Source of the DNA: a virus
Taxonomy: Duplodnaviria > Caudoviricetes
Virus record (IMG/VR): IMGVR_UViG_3300049926_000051
Coordinates: 1-51,830 of that record
Direction: 5' to 3' (one strand)
DNA length: 51,830 nt
Shown here: in pieces, positions 47,330 through 51,830 of the stretch
How the letters are laid out: each line of letters opens with the position of its first letter
Numbering within the stretch: the stretch's first letter is position 1
Translations under genes and position numbers: made by a program
The notes under the pieces: generated by a model
The model's database searches: none
Told to the model about the DNA's origin: nothing
The model's input: the letters and a program-made list of their open reading frames with translations, nothing else

Positions 47330-48981
47330 CCGCCGCCCCGTCAGAAGCGCCTAAACAGCGCGTCGTATTGATCGACCTTTCGTCCCTGTTCTGGTCCGCC
47401 TGGATGGTCACCAAGGACGTCTCTGCGGTCAACATCGTGCGCGGCAATGTCCGTAGGTGCTTTCAGCCGGGCGATCTCGTCATGGTCTGCACCGACGAAG
47501 GTCGATCGTTTCGTAAGGATCTACATCCCGATTACAAAGCGACGAGAGAAGAGAAAGAGCAGTCCGCGCTAGGTGAGTTGGCACGCCTCAAGGATATCCT
47601 CAAGCGTGACGGTTACCTACTGACGGGGGCAAAAGGCTTCGAGGCCGACGATGTCATCGCAACGGCGACCGAGAAAGCGGTCTCGGCGGGTCACGAGGTT
47701 CTGATCTGTTCGTCGGACAAAGATCTTGTGCAGTTGCTTCGACCCGGCGTACGCGCATTGCGAACTCACGTGTGGCAAGAATTCAGCGCCGATGAAATGG
47801 CGGAAAAGTTCGGGGTACAGCCACGACAGATAGGAGACTTACTTGCGCTGACCGGCGACACCAGCGACAACATCAAAGGTGCTCCTGGCGTTGGCATGAA
47901 GAACGCGGCTTCTGCGTTGTTGCAGTGGGACAACCTTGACGCGCTAGGGGTCGCTCTTGAGCAAGACCCTGGCGCTTGCGGTCGAACTCAGCCAAAGAAG
48001 AAGGGCGAGCTCGGCGAGCCGTTCAAGTGGGCCAAGTCGATCAACGACAACTGGGATCAGGTGTTGTTGGCCCGTAAGCTTGTCGAGCTTCGCAAAGACG
48101 CTCCGATCGACTTCGAGCAAATCTATGTGCGGCGCGATCCGCAGCCGCTTGTGTCCGTCGATGAAGAAGAGGAAGACCAAAGCGTGAACTTTCAGGACGA
48201 TCGAATCAGCGGGACAACTCCCGCTAAAGAGCTTGCGCCGACTACCGCCGTTCCTCCTACGGCAAACAGTCGGCCTGCAACGTCGGAGACCACTGACGGC
48301 AAGGCAAATGGTGTCCAGAAGGGGGCAGATACGGGCGAACCGAGGCCATCCCACAACCGGGACGCTCAAACGACCCAGGCAGGCGCCGTATCTGCCCCCG
48401 ATGTGACCAAGCAAACGCAGTCCGGCGAGGACTTGCTTGCGTCGTTGCTCAATCAAAAAGGCTTCGTCCCGGTCGAGTATCACCAGGCGCTTGAGCCCCG
48501 CAACGCATCGGAGTCGGAACGCCTTGCAAAGAACCTGTTCAACTCTCGCGTCTACAAGAAGTTCCCGACGTGGGAGTCAATCCACGCGACGATCTTGCGT
48601 GGTCGTACGATGGGCGTATCGGCTATCGCGTCGCTTGACGTGTTCCACATCGTCGACGACAGGCCTTGTCCTCTCGCGTGGCTATTGATCTCGCTTGCCG
48701 AACGTGACCCAAATTGCGAATACATCTACTGCACTGAGACCACGGCGACCTCGAGCACCTGGGAGGCGAAGTCGAAAAAGAACCCAAAGCCGCAGCGTTT
48801 CATGTTTACTGAGGAAATGGCTCGCAAGGCTGGGTTGTTTGACAAACCCAAGTCCGCATGGATTACGAGACAGCAACAAATGTTGATCAAGTCGTGCGGG
48901 TCGATTATGGCTCGCATGGCATTCCCGACGGCTACCCTTGGTCTCTACTCCGCTGAGGAGATGGGAGGCAGTGAAGAATGA
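47326..48981 (+). CDS. 5'-3' exonuclease (Pol I N-terminal / FEN family) fused to a RecT-like single-strand annealing domain
   Basis: LIDLS, FRK..PDYKA.R, EADD, SDKD, GDTSDNIKGAPGVG; C-terminal FT.EMA.KAGL...W....QML...AR.AFP....GLYSAEEM. Confidence 0.85.
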   Translation: MTAAPSEAPKQRVVLIDLSSLFWSAWMVTKDVSAVNIVRGNVRRCFQPGDLVMVCTDEGRSFRKDLHPDYKATREEKEQSALGELARLKDILKRDGYLLTGAKGFEADDVIATATEKAVSAGHEVLICSSDKDLVQLLRPGVRALRTHVWQEFSADEMAEKFGVQPRQIGDLLALTGDTSDNIKGAPGVGMKNAASALLQWDNLDALGVALEQDPGACGRTQPKKKGELGEPFKWAKSINDNWDQVLLARKLVELRKDAPIDFEQIYVRRDPQPLVSVDEEEEDQSVNFQDDRISGTTPAKELAPTTAVPPTANSRPATSETTDGKANGVQKGADTGEPRPSHNRDAQTTQAGAVSAPDVTKQTQSGEDLLASLLNQKGFVPVEYHQALEPRNASESERLAKNLFNSRVYKKFPTWESIHATILRGRTMGVSAIASLDVFHIVDDRPCPLAWLLISLAERDPNCEYIYCTETTATSSTWEAKSKKNPKPQRFMFTEEMARKAGLFDKPKSAWITRQQQMLIKSCGSIMARMAFPTATLGLYSAEEMGGSEE

Positions 48982-49346
48982 TCCAGGAACAAAATACGTT
49001 CACGTTTGCCGGCACCGTTGTTAAGCGATGGGTCGCAACATCAGGCAAGTTCGCGACGCTCAAGGTATCGAATGTTACCGACGGCAGAGCAACGAAGATG
49101 GACTTCGTGAGTTTCGACTGCGTCAACGACATTGCGACACTGAGCGAAAACGACACCGTCAAGGTAACTGGACGCATGGGGATCAAGAAATTGACGAGCA
49201 AAGATCGTCAGGACGTCATGATCGACGGCTACGCCGCGTGGGTGCCCCAACTGGTCATAACAAAGGTCGAATCGCAAAAGGCGAGCAAGATTCCGGTTGA
49301 CGACGGTGACGCTTCGCCTACCGACGACGATCAAATACCGTTCTGA
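48978..49346 (+). CDS. ssb: single-stranded DNA-binding protein
   Basis: OB-fold-like pattern (V.VTGR) and acidic tail ending DDDQIPF. Confidence 0.8.
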   Translation: MIQEQNTFTFAGTVVKRWVATSGKFATLKVSNVTDGRATKMDFVSFDCVNDIATLSENDTVKVTGRMGIKKLTSKDRQDVMIDGYAAWVPQLVITKVESQKASKIPVDDGDASPTDDDQIPF

Positions 49347-49349
49347 CCA

Positions 49350-49562
49350 ATGCCCCCCAACGGAATGTTCGGCTCGATCAAGGCGATACGCGATGATATT
49401 GCGAGCCTTGATCGAGCCGTCCTGAGGTTGATCCGTCGCCAGGACGAAGCCGCTAGATGCCTCCGTGTGATCTTACGCCTCCTGCGTCGCCTACATGATG
49501 CGAGCGCGCGCCAGGAAGCTCGGCGCCAGTCGCTAAAGGCCAAAAAGCGACTCGGGTTGTGA
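49350..49562 (+). CDS. small basic helical protein
   Basis: ORF between ssb and the integrase. Confidence 0.5.
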   Translation: MPPNGMFGSIKAIRDDIASLDRAVLRLIRRQDEAARCLRVILRLLRRLHDASARQEARRQSLKAKKRLGL

Positions 49563-49619
49563 AACCGTAGCAGCGACACGCGGCTCAATCCCCGCTACGA
49601 GGGGGAAAACTAACGGGGG

Positions 49620-50594
49620 TTGGGTATTACCGACGACGAGTTAATAGCTCGCGCGCTGGAGATAGTTAAGCAGAGAGTTGCGGGTACTAGCGCACCTTCG
49701 CTTACCGTCGCGCAGTTGTACGACCTATATGAGGCGGATCACAACCATACGCGTGGGTGGCGTGTGGTTGGTGGTCGCCTGCGCATGCTTCGGGATACCG
49801 TCTACGCTGACGGCATCCCATGCATTGGTGTGCGCGATGTGATGAGCCTCCGCCCTCTCGACTGGGAGGACTACCGGCGATATCTCGCGGCGCAGGAGTT
49901 CGCCGTTGGACGAAAGCGATCGGCTTGGACGGTCGCCTTACACCTGATCTCGCTCAAGACGATGATCAATTGGGCGGTTGAATCGGGACGCTTGCCGTAC
50001 AACCCGCTCGACCGGGCGAAAGCTAACGCCAAGAGCAAGCGAGAGATCGCGCCGACAGAGGCGCAGATATCGCTGCTACTGTCGCAGGCTGACCTACGTA
50101 TGCGCTATGTGATCTTGGCCGCATGCGACGCGGGCATGCGCCGAGACGAACTCCGGCTCTGCGAACGCGCCTGGGTAGACCGCAAGGCGAAGCAGATCAA
50201 GCTAGACGCCAAGGTCTGTAAGCTTCGTAAGGGCCGTGTCGTCCCGGCTACCACGCGTCTCCTGGACGCAATAGCCGCGATTCCTGAGCATGTTCGGCTC
50301 CCTTGGATACTGACCAACCCAGTGACAGAAGCGGCCTACAGCGACAGCCTGTTGGATCGCAATTTTCGCGATCTCGCCGATAGCGTCGGCCTGATCGGAG
50401 TGCGTATCCACGACTTGCGGCATGCGTGCGCAACTCACATGGTCGCACGCGGTATTCGCCTAACTCGCGTGCAGAAGATCCTTGGCCACGAGCGGCTTGA
50501 GACGACATTCCGTTACGTCAATGATCAGGCCGAAGACCTGAGCGAGGTCATCGCCGTCTTTGAAGCCGGGATCGAAAAAGACAAGCGGCGCTAG
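49620..50594 (+). CDS. int: tyrosine recombinase / integrase
   Basis: GMRRDEL (R), K, HDLRH, LGH, RY catalytic residues. Confidence 0.93.
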   Translation: MGITDDELIARALEIVKQRVAGTSAPSLTVAQLYDLYEADHNHTRGWRVVGGRLRMLRDTVYADGIPCIGVRDVMSLRPLDWEDYRRYLAAQEFAVGRKRSAWTVALHLISLKTMINWAVESGRLPYNPLDRAKANAKSKREIAPTEAQISLLLSQADLRMRYVILAACDAGMRRDELRLCERAWVDRKAKQIKLDAKVCKLRKGRVVPATTRLLDAIAAIPEHVRLPWILTNPVTEAAYSDSLLDRNFRDLADSVGLIGVRIHDLRHACATHMVARGIRLTRVQKILGHERLETTFRYVNDQAEDLSEVIAVFEAGIEKDKRR

Positions 50595-50610
50595 TCATTA
50601 GTTCGATTTT

Positions 50611-50723
50611 GTCAATGCTTGGTAAGCATTGGTAACGACTACAGAATTTAATGTAGTTAGGTGTCGTTGCCGCTGTAAGCCAGCAAACAATCGATTGACA
50701 CCGAAAGCTGATTGTGGCATCTA
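50611..50723. other. AT-rich region with nested inverted repeats (candidate attP) and a TTGACA promoter element
   Basis: CAATGCTT-GGT-AAGCATTG; ACTACA-N8-TGTAGT; TTGACA at 50695. Confidence 0.4.
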
Positions 50724-50836
50724 ATAAGCCTGCCCGCCGCATCAGCATCAGTCGCTAGACGCTAGACGGTATCGCGCGACGGGCTAAGAGAACAGGGGAC
50801 GTCGGCGTCTCGGTGATTGATGGATACAGGTGATTC

Positions 50837-51136
50837 ATGCGACGCACACCGACTCAGTACATGAGCAGCATGTATGGACAGGCCACGGTTGGCCCACAGA
50901 ACCCGCCATCTTCCGACAACTCGCACGTCAGTGATTCAGATCGCGTTCCAGATTTGGCCGTGCAGTTCATTGCCGAAGGCGTGCCCCAACTGTGGGCATT
51001 GTCACTGACGCGGGCGATTCAACGGACGCTCAAAAAGCTACAGGACGGCGACCTCACGGAGGACCGCGCGGTCGAGATCATTGATCGCTTGGCCGGGTCT
51101 GTTTTTCTGGCGAAGAAAGCCCGGGTGGCAGCGTGA
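50837..51136 (+). CDS. hypothetical protein
   Basis: AGGTGA site; GTGA coupling to the next gene. Confidence 0.6.
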   Translation: MRRTPTQYMSSMYGQATVGPQNPPSSDNSHVSDSDRVPDLAVQFIAEGVPQLWALSLTRAIQRTLKKLQDGDLTEDRAVEIIDRLAGSVFLAKKARVAA

Positions 51137-51807
51137 GTCTCCCGGTTGGTTTCTGGCTGAAGATTCTCATCAACGGCGAGAGTTGCCACGGCGGATCTCT
51201 CAAGTGGTCACTCCCGAAAGACGGTCAGCCGGGCGATTGGCACGAAGTTAGCGGCCCGGTACGTACGTGCCAAAACGGCTTCCACCTGACGCGGCAACCG
51301 GTTGAATGGTGGCCGGCCGCCGCCACTGCATATCTCGCGGAGCCTGACGGAAAAGGAGATTCGGAAGGCGATTCTGACGTCAAGACCGCGTTCCCTCGGT
51401 GCCGATTGATTCGCGAAGTGACTACCGCAGAACTCGCCGAACTGGGCGTTTTTCTGGCTGGGCAGCACGGATCGATAAAGAACAGAAAAGGCATTGCGCT
51501 TCCAGGCTCCAGCGTCGTGGCCTGGGAAAACTCCAGCGTCGTGGCCCGGGGAAACTCCAGCGTCGAGGCCCGGGAAAACTCCAGCGTCGTGGCCTGGGGA
51601 AACTCCAGCGTCGTGGCCTGGGGAAACTCCAGCGTCGTGGCCTGGGAAAACTCCAGCGTCGAGGCCCGGGAAAACTCCAGCGTCGTGGCCTGGGAAAACT
51701 CCAGCGTCGTGGCCTGGGAAAACTCCAGCGTCGTGGCCTGGGGAAACTCCAGCGTCGAGGCCCGGGAAAACTCCAGCGTCGAGGCCCGGGAAAACTCCAG
51801 CGTCGAG
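51133..51807 (+). CDS. N-terminal half of the octapeptide-repeat protein (globular domain plus repeats)
   Basis: GDWHEV.GPV..C.NGFH domain (DUF7666-like, recalled), then NSSV repeats running off the contig end. Confidence 0.85.
51508..51807 (+). repeat. 24-nt coding tandem repeat (about 12.5 units)
   Basis: Same unit as 1-343. Confidence 0.97.
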
Positions 51808-51813
51808 TGCGGG

Positions 51814-51828
51814 AGAGCACACGTCTGA
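51814..51828 (+). other. Illumina TruSeq adapter remnant (artefact)
   Basis: AGAGCACACGTCTGA is part of AGATCGGAAGAGCACACGTCTGAAC. Confidence 0.92.
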
Positions 51829-51830
51829 GA

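Noticed and set aside
51508-51807. Repeat variation as a diversity-generating retroelement
   Set aside because: No reverse transcriptase; the variation includes C/T changes and is limited to three binary sites rather than adenine-specific randomisation.
51808-51830. Terminal CGRAHV* peptide as a real C-terminus
   Set aside because: It derives from Illumina adapter sequence.

Overview
The window looks like an essentially complete, circularly permuted ~51.7 kb genome of a temperate, podovirus-like tailed phage. Both ends fall inside one 24-nt tandem-repeat gene (51719-51807 is identical to 1-89), and the last bases are Illumina adapter. Layout: (i) rightward replication and DNA-metabolism genes (MazG-like, ParB-like, SF2 helicase, primase, Mom-like protein, metallophosphoesterase, adenine methyltransferase, GGQ peptidyl-tRNA hydrolase); (ii) a leftward module of small genes with its own sigma70-type promoter and operator; (iii) a late region (HNH, terminase, portal, scaffold, major capsid, adaptor, nozzle, three internal virion proteins, a lectin-like protein, lysis genes); (iv) a leftward arm with RusA and an HNH-AP2 nuclease; (v) a Cro-like switch, exonuclease-annealase fusion, SSB and tyrosine integrase. 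A myxobacterial host is only a weak inference. The most unusual signals: a ~600-nt densely structured RNA candidate preceded by a tRNA-like cloverleaf between terminase and portal; an initiator-tRNA(CAT)-like element ending in CCA inside the scaffold CDS; a GC-rich motif 5-8 nt upstream of late start codons on both strands, suggesting leaderless late transcripts; and a single-chain 5'-3' exonuclease/RecT-like fusion. All calls come from reading motifs by eye, with no database searches or folding software.
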